Source of the DNA: Candidatus Levyibacteriota bacterium
GTDB taxonomy: Bacteria > Patescibacteriota > Microgenomatia > Levybacterales > UBA12049
Direction of reading: 5' to 3'
DNA: 64,000 nt
Assembly: GCA_016182235.1 (NCBI GenBank)
Contig: JACOXT010000005.1
Coordinates: forward strand, 677 to 64,676
Position numbers and translations under genes: made by a program. The notes under the pieces were generated by a model. It saw only the letters and a program-made list of their open reading frames with translations, was not told the DNA's origin and made no database searches. Of the stretch, positions 51,501 through 60,542 are shown piece after piece; within the stretch, counting starts at the first letter, position 1; each line of letters opens with the position of its first letter.

Positions 51501-51708
51501 TCTGAAAAACAAAGTAGATCTTGCCATCAATATAGTGGATGCAAATCTTAGTAAAGACATCGACGATGATCTGGCCTTAAGAAGAGCAGCAATAGATCAC
51601 AATATACAGCTTTTTACAAATATTAAAAAAGCATCGCTTTTCGCAAGAGCGCTTTCTTCAAAAAATTTAGACAACCTCGCAATCAAATCCTGGGACGAAT
51701 ATACCTGA
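48514..51708 (+). CDS. carB: Carbamoyl-phosphate synthase large subunit
   Basis: GEFDYSGSQA, GIHTGES, RLSRSSALASKATGYP, NCNPETVSTDYD, RPSYVLSG, MGS domain. Confidence 0.97.
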   Translation: MKKINKVLILGSGALKIGEAGEFDYSGSQAIKALKEEGVKTILVNPNIATIQTSDLLADKVYFLPIYKYFAEKVIEKEKPDGILLSFGGQTALNCGIDLYKSGVLAKHNLQILGTSISAILLTEDREKFAMHLRKINIPTPKSMAARNLNEAIKYAKEIGFPTMVRSGFALGGQGSGIAQNLKELEEIVKHALSFSPQVLIEQYLHHFKEIEYEVVRDKYDNCITVCNMENMDPLGIHTGESVVVAPSQTLNNFEYQTLRNISIKIVRSLGIVGECNVQFALNPEPTHNTPIDLYVIEVNARLSRSSALASKATGYPLAYVAAKLSLGKNLTEIKNKITGVTQACFEPAMDYVVVKIPRWDIEKFKGADEKIGSSMKSVGEVMGIGRRFEEAYQKAIRMLDLDFDGGTSDILLGNGKTIKNLLEVPTPKRIFAIAQAIKENISISTIYTLTGINPWYLERIKNIVLAEKNIPKNIKNLTKDQLLYLKKLGFSDKRIGQFMGQTGLKIRSLRKKYKITPSIFQIDTLAGEFEAKTNYLYLTYNGNHNDITPEKEKGVIVLGSGPYRIGSSVEFDWTCVNVANNLKKYKKSSIIINCNPETVSTDYDISDRLYFEELTFERIADIYDFEKPYGVVISVGGQTPNNRASSLKAYGARILGTDPANIDKAENRSKFSKLLDNLAISQPSWEKVSNIIAAIKFCDRVGYPVLLRPSYVLSGTLMRICHNKEELTRFIEEAAHISKEYPLTISKFIEKAKEIELDAVSQKGELITSIITEHIENAGVHSGDSSIVLPTQRVYSKTERNIERIGIMLAKELNISGPFNIQFLAKDNRLQVIEINLRSSRTFPFISKVTKVNFIGLATDSFFGKARKHEIKMPDFTAVKVAQFSFARITGADPMPGVEMASTGEVACFGDDVEEAFLKAEIAVGGKIPEKGIFISLGGEKNKINFLESAELIAKLNISIYATEKTSKFLSQNGIKTEKLYKLHEKKSPNILEYFLKNKVDLAINIVDANLSKDIDDDLALRRAAIDHNIQLFTNIKKASLFARALSSKNLDNLAIKSWDEYT

Positions 51709-51733
51709 GAATATTTTATAAATAAAATAAATT

Positions 51734-52816
51734 ATGTCTTTAATAACTTTGCTTGGTCTTATTGACCCCCATGTTCACCTAAGGGATCCAAGACAAACCC
51801 ATAAGGAAGATTTTTATACAGGCACTTGTGCTGCATTGGCCGGAGGCTTTACAACAATCCTTGATATGCCAAACAATAAAACTCCCATAACAACTTTCAG
51901 GGTCTTGAATGAGAAAATCAAAATTGCCAAAGAAAAAATAGTTTGCGATGTGGGATTTTATTTTGGCTCTCTCGGAGATAATCTAGATGAATTTGAGAAA
52001 GTTAAAAATAAAGTTTTAGGTCTTAAGTTATATCTCAACGAAACCACTGGAAATCTTTTAATAGATAAAATGGAATTAGAAAAAATATTTCTTGCCTGGT
52101 CTCAAAGTATGTCACTACATAGTAACATACTTTCGACCAAACCAATTCTTATACACGCGGAAGAAAAAATGCTAAATGTTGTTATTGATTTAGTTAAGAA
52201 ATTGGGAAACAAAATTCATGTCTGCCATATAAGCACTGTTTCTGATTTAACACAAATTATTAAAGCAAAAGAGGAAGGCTTACCAATTACTTGCGGCGTC
52301 ACTCCTCACCATTTATTTTTAACTGAAAACGATGTCAAAACTCTTGGTCCATTTGGCAAAATGAAACCAGGATTAAAAAGTAAAAAAGATCAGGATTTTT
52401 TGTGGAAAAATTTAAAATATATTGATGTAATAGAATCTGATCATGCTCCGCATACGGTCAATGAAAAGAGGGGAGAGGGGACAACCTACGGCGTTCCCGG
52501 GCTTGAGACTACGCTTCCGCTTTTATTAACTGCAGTTTCTGAGAAACGAATAGAGATTGATGATATTATGCGACTCTGCCACAAAAACACAGCCAAAATC
52601 TTTGGCATCAAATCTGACCCGCAAACAAAAATCGAGATTAATCTTCATACTTCATACTTCATACTTCATACTTCATTATTTACGAAATGCGGCTGGTCAC
52701 CATTTGAAGGTTGGAAAGTGAAAGGAAAAATAGAAAGAGTTTTTATAAGAGGAGAAAAAGTTTTTGAAGACGGTAAGGTCTTAGTAAAACCAGGATTTGG
52801 AAAAATTCTTATCTAG
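51734..52816 (+). CDS. pyrC: Dihydroorotase
   Basis: IDPHVHLRDP, AALAGG.T..LDMPN, GLKLYLNET, VTPHHL, SDHAPH, KCGWSPFEG. Confidence 0.95.
   Translation: MSLITLLGLIDPHVHLRDPRQTHKEDFYTGTCAALAGGFTTILDMPNNKTPITTFRVLNEKIKIAKEKIVCDVGFYFGSLGDNLDEFEKVKNKVLGLKLYLNETTGNLLIDKMELEKIFLAWSQSMSLHSNILSTKPILIHAEEKMLNVVIDLVKKLGNKIHVCHISTVSDLTQIIKAKEEGLPITCGVTPHHLFLTENDVKTLGPFGKMKPGLKSKKDQDFLWKNLKYIDVIESDHAPHTVNEKRGEGTTYGVPGLETTLPLLLTAVSEKRIEIDDIMRLCHKNTAKIFGIKSDPQTKIEINLHTSYFILHTSLFTKCGWSPFEGWKVKGKIERVFIRGEKVFEDGKVLVKPGFGKILI
52643..52676. repeat. Perfect 7-mer tandem repeat (CTTCATA x~4.9) in pyrC
   Basis: CTTCATACTTCATACTTCATACTTCATACTTCAT; encodes LHTSYFILHTS. Confidence 0.9.
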
Positions 52817-52825
52817 CTTAAATCT

Positions 52826-53419
52826 CTAGAACTCCATATTTGACGCGAATCCAGAGTAGACGGCATAGGCTTTTCTACAAAAATCTTGTGCTATTTTCTC
52901 AGTTACATACTCCGAACGGCTATTCCTGACTTCTCCCTCTGGAAACACAGGATTAGATTTCCCAGTCACGTAAGAGTTAAACATAATGTCTTTTGGTACT
53001 GGAACGGTAAAAGAAATTGTTAAATATGGTCTGGGCTCACTCGATCCCCCGGTCGGTTCTTCATATGAGAGCGATTCGTAATTTGTCTCAGTTGTTCGTT
53101 CTACATTACCTAAATTTCTAGGTTTACTTCTACTACTTCTAATAGTGATCAAAGATCTGCCGTTTTTTAAATAATCAAATTTTATATTTCTTCCTGCAAC
53201 TTCGTCCTTCAATATGAATGCATTTTGCATATTTGATGTCCTTAAGAGGCTTTGCATATTATGGGTAAATCTACCGAAATCTTCAATCCCAAAGCCTACT
53301 TTATTTACAATTTCTTCACATTCGCTTTCTAGTTTTAGTCTTATCTCCTCTGGAGTAAAAGATCGTTCAACATGAGATCTCTGCTTGAACAAACCCGTAA
53401 ATCTTTCAGCTAATCTCAT
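52826..53419 (-). CDS. Hypothetical protein
   Basis: 197-aa ORF with TG-T-TAGATT -10 six nt before the ATG; paralogous remnant at 46128-46328. Confidence 0.7.
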   Translation of the reverse strand: MRLAERFTGLFKQRSHVERSFTPEEIRLKLESECEEIVNKVGFGIEDFGRFTHNMQSLLRTSNMQNAFILKDEVAGRNIKFDYLKNGRSLITIRSSRSKPRNLGNVERTTETNYESLSYEEPTGGSSEPRPYLTISFTVPVPKDIMFNSYVTGKSNPVFPEGEVRNSRSEYVTEKIAQDFCRKAYAVYSGFASNMEF

Positions 53420-53465
53420 AGCCGTAATCTAACACACAGCCAATTCCTTGTCAAATATTGAATTT

Positions 53466-53812
53466 TTATAATTTATGCTGTGGTTTTGAAAAAGCAATTT
53501 TAGCAAAACGCACAGTCATCTCGGTTAAACCTAATACTCTTAATTCCTCTTCATTGGCATTCCTGATCTGTCCTATAAAACACCCAGCTCTTGCCAGTTT
53601 TCCTATGGAAATATTATAGGCACTCTTGACCTGCCTGGGTAACAACTCATATCCCCTCCAACCCTTATTAACAAGATATTCTTGGCTACTTCTTTAACTA
53701 AATTATTAAACTCCTGACCTTGTTTTGGATTTACCCCAGAAAGACATTCTACTATCTGCCTTCTAATATCCCTAATATCATGGATTTTCTCAGTTGCACG
53801 CTGTTCTATCAT
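53466..53812 (-). pseudogene. Probable frameshifted hypothetical gene
   Basis: ORF 53603-53812 overlaps a second open frame (SQEYLVNKGWRGYELLPRQ...IRNANEEELRVLGLTEMTVRFAKIAFSKPQHKL*) ending at 53466. Confidence 0.5.
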
Positions 53813-53827
53813 AACAAAACGATAATT

Positions 53828-54760
53828 CTATTTATTTCCACTATGAAATGATTTGTGAACTTCCTGCAATTTTATATTAGTTACATGAGTATAAATTTGG
53901 GTTGTGGAAATATTTTTGTGTCCGAGCATTTCCTGCACGCTCCTTAAATCGGCACCGTTACTTAAAAGATCAGTAGCGAACGAATGCCGAAGCGTATGAA
54001 CTGTTGCGTCAACGGGAAGTCTTGCCAGCCTAACATACTTTTTAACAATTCTCTCAACACTTCTTGCGGTTAACCTCATTCTTTCCCCATTATCTTGCTC
54101 ATCAACTCTTCCTGAATATCGAATAAAAAGCGGGGCAAAACGATCTTTTCTTTTCTCAAGATATCGTTTTATCCACCCAACAGCTCTCTCTGAGACAAAA
54201 ACAACACGCGCCCTCCCTCCTTTCCCAATAACTCCAAATTCTTTTCTTTCTAAATTTACCTGGGTTATATTTAGCTTCACAAGCTCGGACACTCTTAGTC
54301 CTGTTGAAAACAACAGCTCAAGAATTGCCCGATCCCTAAGTCCTTCCTCTTTTGAAGTATCAGCATAGGATGCTAACCGATCAATTTGATTTTTATCCAA
54401 AAACTTCAAAGATCTGCTTTCTGTTTTTGGCAAGTCTATCTTCGAAGGCTCAAGCGTCTGGAAGTCGTTTTTTATAAGAAATCTTAAAAAAGACCGAAGA
54501 GCGATAACATAATAGTTTTGTGTTACTCGTTTTAGTGTCAGGCCCCTCTTATCTTCCTTATTCGCCAAATATACTCTGTATTTCCTAATAGTCTGTAAAT
54601 CCAACTCATTAATTTTTTTAGAAGGAAGGGAAGTCGTAAGCCAGCTGTTAAAAACCTCTAAATAGTGTCTATAATCGCGGATAGTAAGCTTGGAACAATT
54701 CTTCTCAATTTCCAAATATTCTAAGAATTGGTCAATAAGCTGCGATAGGGAATTATTCAT
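53828..54760 (-). CDS. xerC: XerC/XerD-family tyrosine recombinase
   Basis: RDRAILELLFSTGLRVSEL, GKGGRAR, HTLRHSFAT, LGHKNISTTQIYTH; N-terminal SAM-like domain; XerC vs XerD not resolvable. Confidence 0.9.
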   Translation of the reverse strand: MNNSLSQLIDQFLEYLEIEKNCSKLTIRDYRHYLEVFNSWLTTSLPSKKINELDLQTIRKYRVYLANKEDKRGLTLKRVTQNYYVIALRSFLRFLIKNDFQTLEPSKIDLPKTESRSLKFLDKNQIDRLASYADTSKEEGLRDRAILELLFSTGLRVSELVKLNITQVNLERKEFGVIGKGGRARVVFVSERAVGWIKRYLEKRKDRFAPLFIRYSGRVDEQDNGERMRLTARSVERIVKKYVRLARLPVDATVHTLRHSFATDLLSNGADLRSVQEMLGHKNISTTQIYTHVTNIKLQEVHKSFHSGNK

Positions 54761-54829
54761 ACTAAAAATATATCAGATTTTCTCAATTTTTGCTTGACAG
54801 ATATATCCTTTTAACTCATACTAAATGCA

Positions 54830-56320
54830 ATGAGGAATGACTACGTCAAGGTAATTAAAGATTATATTGCTCAAAAACCGGAATATAAATTCACTCTTAA
54901 TGAACTGAAGAATGATGTTGTCAGTGCGGGGGCAACAGAAGAAGAGTTTGAAGAAGCAGTTAAACAGGCAACTGGTTATCATCCTTCAATGCTTCAGCAA
55001 TCGTTAAATAACCTTCAAGAGCCGTTAGCGCAAAAACAATATAAAGCCACATCGCTTATCTCAAAAATTATTCATTCGATTTCATTGAGAGAGCGTTTGC
55101 TTATCTATTTATTCGCGTCTATTTTACTTTTCGTATCGTCTTTAATTAACGTGTTTGGCTCTTATACCAGGATGAAGCCTCAAGAAAACCTTGTAAGTAT
55201 ACCTACGCCCACTTTAGTACAACATCCTCTCAACATTGTTAGGGAAGTCTATGCCAACCTAAGACCTATTGACCCCTCAAGAGCATTTTCTACCCCAAAA
55301 TCCAATGTGCCCCTAGCAGTAAACTCCAAACCCAAAAAAGAAGTATTTGGTTTTCTCCCATATTGGATGCTTCCTAAGGGAGGAGAGATTGACTTAAGTC
55401 TTTTGACGTCTGTCAGCATATTTGGACTAGAAGTGGATGGGGAAGGAAACATAGTTACAGTTGGCTCAACAAACGAGGTAGATAAAGGATGGGAAATGTG
55501 GAAAGACCCGACGCTTGATCAATTTATAGGAAGAGCCCGAGACAAAAATATTAAGATTTTTCTAACTATAAAAGCATTCAGCAATAATAATATCGAAAAA
55601 CTTGTCCTTTCTGATGACGCGCAAAAAGCCTTAATTGCCAACTCGCTGTATTTATTTAGCTCCAAAAATCTAAATGGAATAAATCTTGACTTTGAGTATG
55701 TTGGAAAGCCAGGGGAAAATATAAGAGATGGATTCACTCGCCTGGTAACAAATTTAAATGCCGAATTAAAACGCCAATACCCTAAATCTCAGCTAACGCT
55801 AGATACCTACATTAGAGAAGGTAATGTACCTGGACTTTTTGATCTGAAGCTTCTGGAAGCTCAAGTAGACGCATTTGTAGTTATGGGTTACGATTTTAAT
55901 ACTCCTGATGGGACTGCCGGACCTATTGCTCCAATGGGAGGAGAGATAAATATGGTGGGATCAATGCAGGGTTATCTAGAGAAGGTGCCAGCTGACAAAC
56001 TTATACTTGCTGTTCCCTATTATGGATATGGCTGGCCAACAAAGGATGCCGGCGACGTGGCAATTCTTCCGTATTCCGTAATCATAGCCGAAAGTAAAAA
56101 ACATACGACAATTTGGAACGAGACCTGGCAAACTCCCTCATTTACTTATGTTGACAATGGAGTTGAGCGTACCGCGCATTTTGATAATGTCCGATCTATG
56201 GGAATTAAATTCGATTATGTGAACGCCAAAAACCTAAAAGGTATTGGGATCTGGGCTCTTGGATACGATGGCTATAATTCGGACTTACAAAGATTAATAA
56301 TTGACAAATTCGCGAATTAG
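54830..56320 (+). CDS. Membrane-anchored glycoside hydrolase family 18 protein
   Basis: TM segment; GFLPYW, GINLDFEY, VMGYDF, KLILAVPYYG, GIGIWALGYD. Confidence 0.88.
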   Translation: MRNDYVKVIKDYIAQKPEYKFTLNELKNDVVSAGATEEEFEEAVKQATGYHPSMLQQSLNNLQEPLAQKQYKATSLISKIIHSISLRERLLIYLFASILLFVSSLINVFGSYTRMKPQENLVSIPTPTLVQHPLNIVREVYANLRPIDPSRAFSTPKSNVPLAVNSKPKKEVFGFLPYWMLPKGGEIDLSLLTSVSIFGLEVDGEGNIVTVGSTNEVDKGWEMWKDPTLDQFIGRARDKNIKIFLTIKAFSNNNIEKLVLSDDAQKALIANSLYLFSSKNLNGINLDFEYVGKPGENIRDGFTRLVTNLNAELKRQYPKSQLTLDTYIREGNVPGLFDLKLLEAQVDAFVVMGYDFNTPDGTAGPIAPMGGEINMVGSMQGYLEKVPADKLILAVPYYGYGWPTKDAGDVAILPYSVIIAESKKHTTIWNETWQTPSFTYVDNGVERTAHFDNVRSMGIKFDYVNAKNLKGIGIWALGYDGYNSDLQRLIIDKFAN

Positions 56321-56332
56321 AATGATTTATCA

Positions 56333-57142
56333 TCATCCATTATTGTTGAGACGTGGATTAATAAGCATATATCCGATTCCATTTACTGCAACTAAGTACT
56401 CAGAGCTTCTTCCTTTTTTATCTGGATCCAACTTGTCTCTCAAGAGCTGGATTTGTTTTCTTACATTAATTTTAGGATCACGACCGTTGCCCTCGTCTTC
56501 CCACAAATCGTTAAGTTTCTCATGCGTTACAGTTGTGTTAGAGTGTCTAGACAAAAAATCCAGAATTGCATTTTCTATTGGGGTCAAAAAAGTCTCTGTC
56601 TCTCCTATAACCGCAAGATGTTTTTCTGGATAATATGTAAATCCGGGATGATGATATACCTCCTCTTCCAAACTTTCCTGCGATAACTCCTTTTCTATAG
56701 GCGGTCTGCTTGAGTCATTAAGCATATAACCGGCTTTAGCACGCGACGTGATAATTCTGGGGTTTTGGGGATCAGCTTCAATCTTATCTCTCAATCTATC
56801 AATATTTTTTTTTACACTATCTAATGAGTATCCTTCACCAAATACGCTTTCAAGTAACTCCGCTTTGCTTCTAAATTTATTTGGCATTTTTTCCAATTCA
56901 ATCAAAAGCTCGTTTTCTCTGGACGAAAGAAGACTTTTTCCTCCTGACCCAAAAACGACATTTCGGGTTTCGTGATTATGAGAAAACAGCGGATGATAGT
57001 AAATTCCTTCAATGTCTTTCAGCTGTTCGGGAGTTGTGCCTTTTTTTCGCATTTCCGAAGCCGCATCCATCAATAGTCTTTGAGCATCTTTAAAACCACG
57101 CAAGCCAAACTGACCTGCTAGCGCTTCTACATTACTAACCAT
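56333..57142 (-). CDS. Protein with two OmpR/PhoB-type winged-helix DNA-binding domains and no receiver domain
   Basis: LSSRENELL..L...NIDRLRDKIE.DP..P..I....GY and LTPIENAIL..L...QIQLLRDKL....GIGY. Confidence 0.8.
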   Translation of the reverse strand: MVSNVEALAGQFGLRGFKDAQRLLMDAASEMRKKGTTPEQLKDIEGIYYHPLFSHNHETRNVVFGSGGKSLLSSRENELLIELEKMPNKFRSKAELLESVFGEGYSLDSVKKNIDRLRDKIEADPQNPRIITSRAKAGYMLNDSSRPPIEKELSQESLEEEVYHHPGFTYYPEKHLAVIGETETFLTPIENAILDFLSRHSNTTVTHEKLNDLWEDEGNGRDPKINVRKQIQLLRDKLDPDKKGRSSEYLVAVNGIGYMLINPRLNNNG

Positions 57143-57750
57143 AAATCAATCGGAAGATTATAGCAAAAAACAATCTGATTTACAAACCCCTAACTTGTCC
57201 CCCGATATTAAAAAATTTAAAATATTTGGAGAATTAAGAGTATGCAAATTTAAGGCTAAAAGTCCCATAGTAGGGGATTGATGACAAACTCGTTTTTAGA
57301 AGAATAATATGATGCAAAGAGAGTGTCTCGAATTACAGAGCTAAAAATTAACAATATTTCGGTCTAATTAAAAAGAAGGAAAAAAGGTCTTCTCCGGCAT
57401 CTTAGCCTACGCTACGTCGTAAAAGTATTATTGTGCGACATAATCAATTTCCCTCCTATTATTGCTAACGTCAGTTAAATTTTAAAAGCGTTAACGTCTT
57501 CCGGTAGAGAACGATTTATCTCAACACTGCTAAGCCCTTCTACCTCTATAAAGCTCAGTCTTTGTCTGATAAATCTTTTTATATTACATCTCTTTGTGGG
57601 CGTGCTTCTCCTTCTCTCAAATACATGTTGATTTAGCTTGAATTATCAGTCTAAACGTATCATTTAAGCTTCGAAAATACTGAAAAACAACATTCGTATT
57701 TTTTTCTTTAGAAATAGTTTACGATTTACAAGGTAGAGAGTAAATATTGT

Positions 57751-57835
57751 TTCTTATGTCCGCCATAGCTCGCTCTTTAAGCCGCGTTACGAATAGTAGC
57801 TAAGGCGAAAACAAGAGCTGGCGGACTAACAAGAA
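57751..57835. other. Long intergenic stem-loop (REP-like element or structured RNA)
   Basis: TTCTT..GTCCGCCA(57758-65) pairs TGGCGGAC(57819-26)..AAGAA; inner AGCTC/GAGCT and GTTAC/GTAGC stems. Confidence 0.6.
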
Positions 57836-58029
57836 GTATAGTCTTTGTGAAAATTTACCTAAAAGTCCGTGAAAATTACAAGTTATCCACATTCTGCGAA
57901 GCAAAATTTTGACTAATTAAGTCCTATAATATAATTTACCGACTACATCAGACTATATCACCTTCTCTATTTCCTGCGCGGTGTAAATTCGAACCCTATC
58001 CTCTCCTCTATCATGAGGTCACATGTATT

Positions 58030-58896
58030 TTATGAGGCTCTTAAGCTAAAAGTTACAAATACAATAAAAACAATTACAGCCACCCAAACATACTCCCACA
58101 TAACAGCCTTAAAAAGCCTCCTATCAATCCAGTTCTGCGATAAGCCAATAAATATATAAAACAAACTGCTTAAGAAAAGAGCGATTATAGTTGGTGATGC
58201 AGGCCAAAACCACAATGCTAATGCTGTCTCAACCAAGCTTACTGACAGTAAGGATATCCATAGAAACCTCGAGAACAAATTACTGTCCAAGACGTGAGTC
58301 CAAAGTGAGTACAAAACAAGAGGAATGGTGAAGCAAAAAATTAAAGCTAGTGTCAAAAAAATATTTAGACGCAAAGATATAACTACATTCGATAGGAAAA
58401 AATAGGATACAAGTGTAACTGAGAAAGAGACTGTCCGAGCAGAAGAAAGGAGAGCGATTGTCCTAACCGAAGATACAATAAAGATGTTGACGCTCAAAAG
58501 TAGAGAATAAAGACCTATCGCGTAAAAAGAAGTCATGATAATTCTTGTTAGGAAGCGAGCAGGGACTAGAAAATAAAATAATGAAACCGAAAGGCTGTAC
58601 AGAAAAGGAAGAATAAAAATTTGAGGATAAAATTTATTCTTGAGATCGGGTGCTAAAATCCAAAATATAAATAAATCCGTTAGGATAGGAAGAATGATTG
58701 CAACATATACTCCCGATTTCCCGAATAATTGTTCCGACCAAAATAGTACAAGGGATAAAAATACAACAACAATTATAAATTTTTGCCTTTTTGAAATTAT
58801 AAAAATGGGGTTATTCTTTTTTGAGATTCTGCTTAATGAGAAATTTCTCTTTAAAGAACTATTCCTTGAGATTCGAATAAACTTTTTGAACATCAT
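58030..58896 (-). CDS. Polytopic membrane protein (DUF5656-like)
   Basis: About 8-9 hydrophobic segments, NIF.VSS.RTI.L...A motif; follows yebC; family label from recall. Confidence 0.7.
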   Translation of the reverse strand: MMFKKFIRISRNSSLKRNFSLSRISKKNNPIFIISKRQKFIIVVVFLSLVLFWSEQLFGKSGVYVAIILPILTDLFIFWILAPDLKNKFYPQIFILPFLYSLSVSLFYFLVPARFLTRIIMTSFYAIGLYSLLLSVNIFIVSSVRTIALLSSARTVSFSVTLVSYFFLSNVVISLRLNIFLTLALIFCFTIPLVLYSLWTHVLDSNLFSRFLWISLLSVSLVETALALWFWPASPTIIALFLSSLFYIFIGLSQNWIDRRLFKAVMWEYVWVAVIVFIVFVTFSLRAS

Positions 58897-59587
58897 CTAA
58901 TTCCTCTATCTTTCTTATAAAACCATGTATTCTCTCCAACTTTTCTCTATCTGAAACTGGTATGAGAACTAAAGGCTTCCTAACAATTGAAGCCCCTTCT
59001 ATCTTTATACCTTTTGCCAAAAGTTTATCCCGAACCTGCGAAAGGTCAGAAAAAGACGTAGTTATTATTGCTTTATCAGCATCCCCATTCTCTATATCCT
59101 CAGCCCCGCTCTCGGCAGCCGCCTCGAATAATTCATCCATAGATCTGCCTTCCAATGCAACAGTAATTTGCCCCTTTTGCTCAAACTGGTGAGAAACTGA
59201 GCCCGGTTGGCCAAAGCTTGCCCCTTCCCTATTGAAAATGCTTTTAATCTCACTAGTCGTTCTTTGGGAATTATCTGTCGCGGCCTCAATAATAAGACTT
59301 ACCCCCTCAGGGGCAAAACCTTCATATATTACTTCTTCAACCGCCTCAGTACCCTTCCCAGTTCCCCTATCTATAGCTCTTTCAATATTCTCTTTGGGCA
59401 TGTTCGCTCCCCTAGCTTCATCCATTGCAAGCCGAAGTCTGAAATTATTGTCTGGATCTGTAATTCCGCCTCCCCTTTTCACTGCAATTGTAATTGCGTT
59501 AGATAGTTTGGTGAAAGTCAATCCCCTTTTAAGATCTGCCGCTCCTTTTTGTCTTTTTATAGTTGCCCACTTTGAATGTCCACTCAT
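58859..59587 (-). CDS. yebC: YebC/PmpR family protein
   Basis: MSGHSKWATIKRQK, N.RLR.A...A...NMPKENIERAI, YEG, TDN..RT, DDVQKVYSN. Confidence 0.96.
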   Translation of the reverse strand: MSGHSKWATIKRQKGAADLKRGLTFTKLSNAITIAVKRGGGITDPDNNFRLRLAMDEARGANMPKENIERAIDRGTGKGTEAVEEVIYEGFAPEGVSLIIEAATDNSQRTTSEIKSIFNREGASFGQPGSVSHQFEQKGQITVALEGRSMDELFEAAAESGAEDIENGDADKAIITTSFSDLSQVRDKLLAKGIKIEGASIVRKPLVLIPVSDREKLERIHGFIRKIEELDDVQKVYSNLKE

Positions 59588-59678
59588 AAGTCTCTAACTA
59601 GTTTAGACTCTTTATTATATAGCTAGTTTATTGACTTTTGCAAGAAATGGGAGTATTATTGTTTCATCTTACACCCAA

Positions 59679-60404
59679 ATGACACTGAAAGATAAAGCAA
59701 TTGAAGCAATGCTTTTAGGCAACTGGCAAAATGCAACCTCACTAAACAAAAGCCTTCTTAAAGAAGACCCCGACAACATAGATACTCTTAATCGTCTTGC
59801 TTATGCATTTACGGTTCTTGGTAAATTTAAAGACGCAAAATCTATCTACAGAAAAGTGCTTCGGCTTGATAATTTGAATCAAATAGCGATCAGGAACATA
59901 AAGAGATTGTCAGAGGTAAGTGTTAAAAAACGTCTTAAAAACGGAGCAAGTAACTTTAGATATGTAAATCATGCTTTCCTTGAAGAAACTGGAAAGACAA
60001 AAATAATTTCTCTAGTAAATTTAGCTCCTCCTAAAATTATTGGATTACTGACGGCTGGTCAATCTCTTATAATTTGTATAAAACGATCCAAGATATTCGT
60101 CCAAGACCACTATAAGCAGTATTTAGGGGTATTGCCAGACGACATTGGAAGAAGACTTATCAAACTGATAAAAGGCGGAAATCAATATACGGCGTATGTC
60201 AAATCTGCAAACGAACACAATGTTACTATTTTCATAAAAGAAGTGAAAAGAGCCTCTCGCTACAAAGATCACCCTTCCTTTCTGCAGACAAGCGATCAGG
60301 ACCTTAATTTATCAAAAGGCAAAGGTAAAATAAAAAATTACAAAAAACCTAAAGTAGACTATAATGAAAGAGATCATTTTTTGGAAGACGAAGATGTGTC
60401 TTGA
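59679..60404 (+). CDS. TPR-containing protein
   Basis: NIDTLNRLAYAF..LG....AK..Y.KVL.LD..N.IA; FLEETGKTK; TTGACT-17-TATTAT promoter at 59631-59659. Confidence 0.8.
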   Translation: MTLKDKAIEAMLLGNWQNATSLNKSLLKEDPDNIDTLNRLAYAFTVLGKFKDAKSIYRKVLRLDNLNQIAIRNIKRLSEVSVKKRLKNGASNFRYVNHAFLEETGKTKIISLVNLAPPKIIGLLTAGQSLIICIKRSKIFVQDHYKQYLGVLPDDIGRRLIKLIKGGNQYTAYVKSANEHNVTIFIKEVKRASRYKDHPSFLQTSDQDLNLSKGKGKIKNYKKPKVDYNERDHFLEDEDVS

Positions 60405-60538
60405 TATAAAACTCGTCCTCTTTCCAATTTCTTCTTAACATCATCGATATGAGACTTATTATTCAAATTTTTAAGTGAGACCAATGATAATACTACAGAG
60501 ATAACAGCAATTATAATAATTATAACCCAGATATTCAT
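60374..60538 (-). CDS. Small membrane protein (54 aa, MNIWVIIIIIAVISVVLSLVSLKNL...RGRVLYQD...)
   Basis: Hand-translated; N-terminal TM; starts 4 nt after the stop of the upstream minus-strand gene. Confidence 0.62.
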   Translation of the reverse strand: MNIWVIIIIIAVISVVLSLVSLKNLNNKSHIDDVKKKLERGRVLYQDTSSSSKK

Positions 60539-60542
60539 AAAA

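Noticed and set aside
53828..54760. Prophage or island integrase
   Set aside because: Size and motifs fit a housekeeping Xer; no att repeats, tRNA or phage genes seen
57143..58029. tmRNA, RNase P RNA, tRNA or oriC
   Set aside because: No tRNA-like ends or GAGGAAAGTCC motif found; only one perfect DnaA box, and flanking gene orientation is convergent overall
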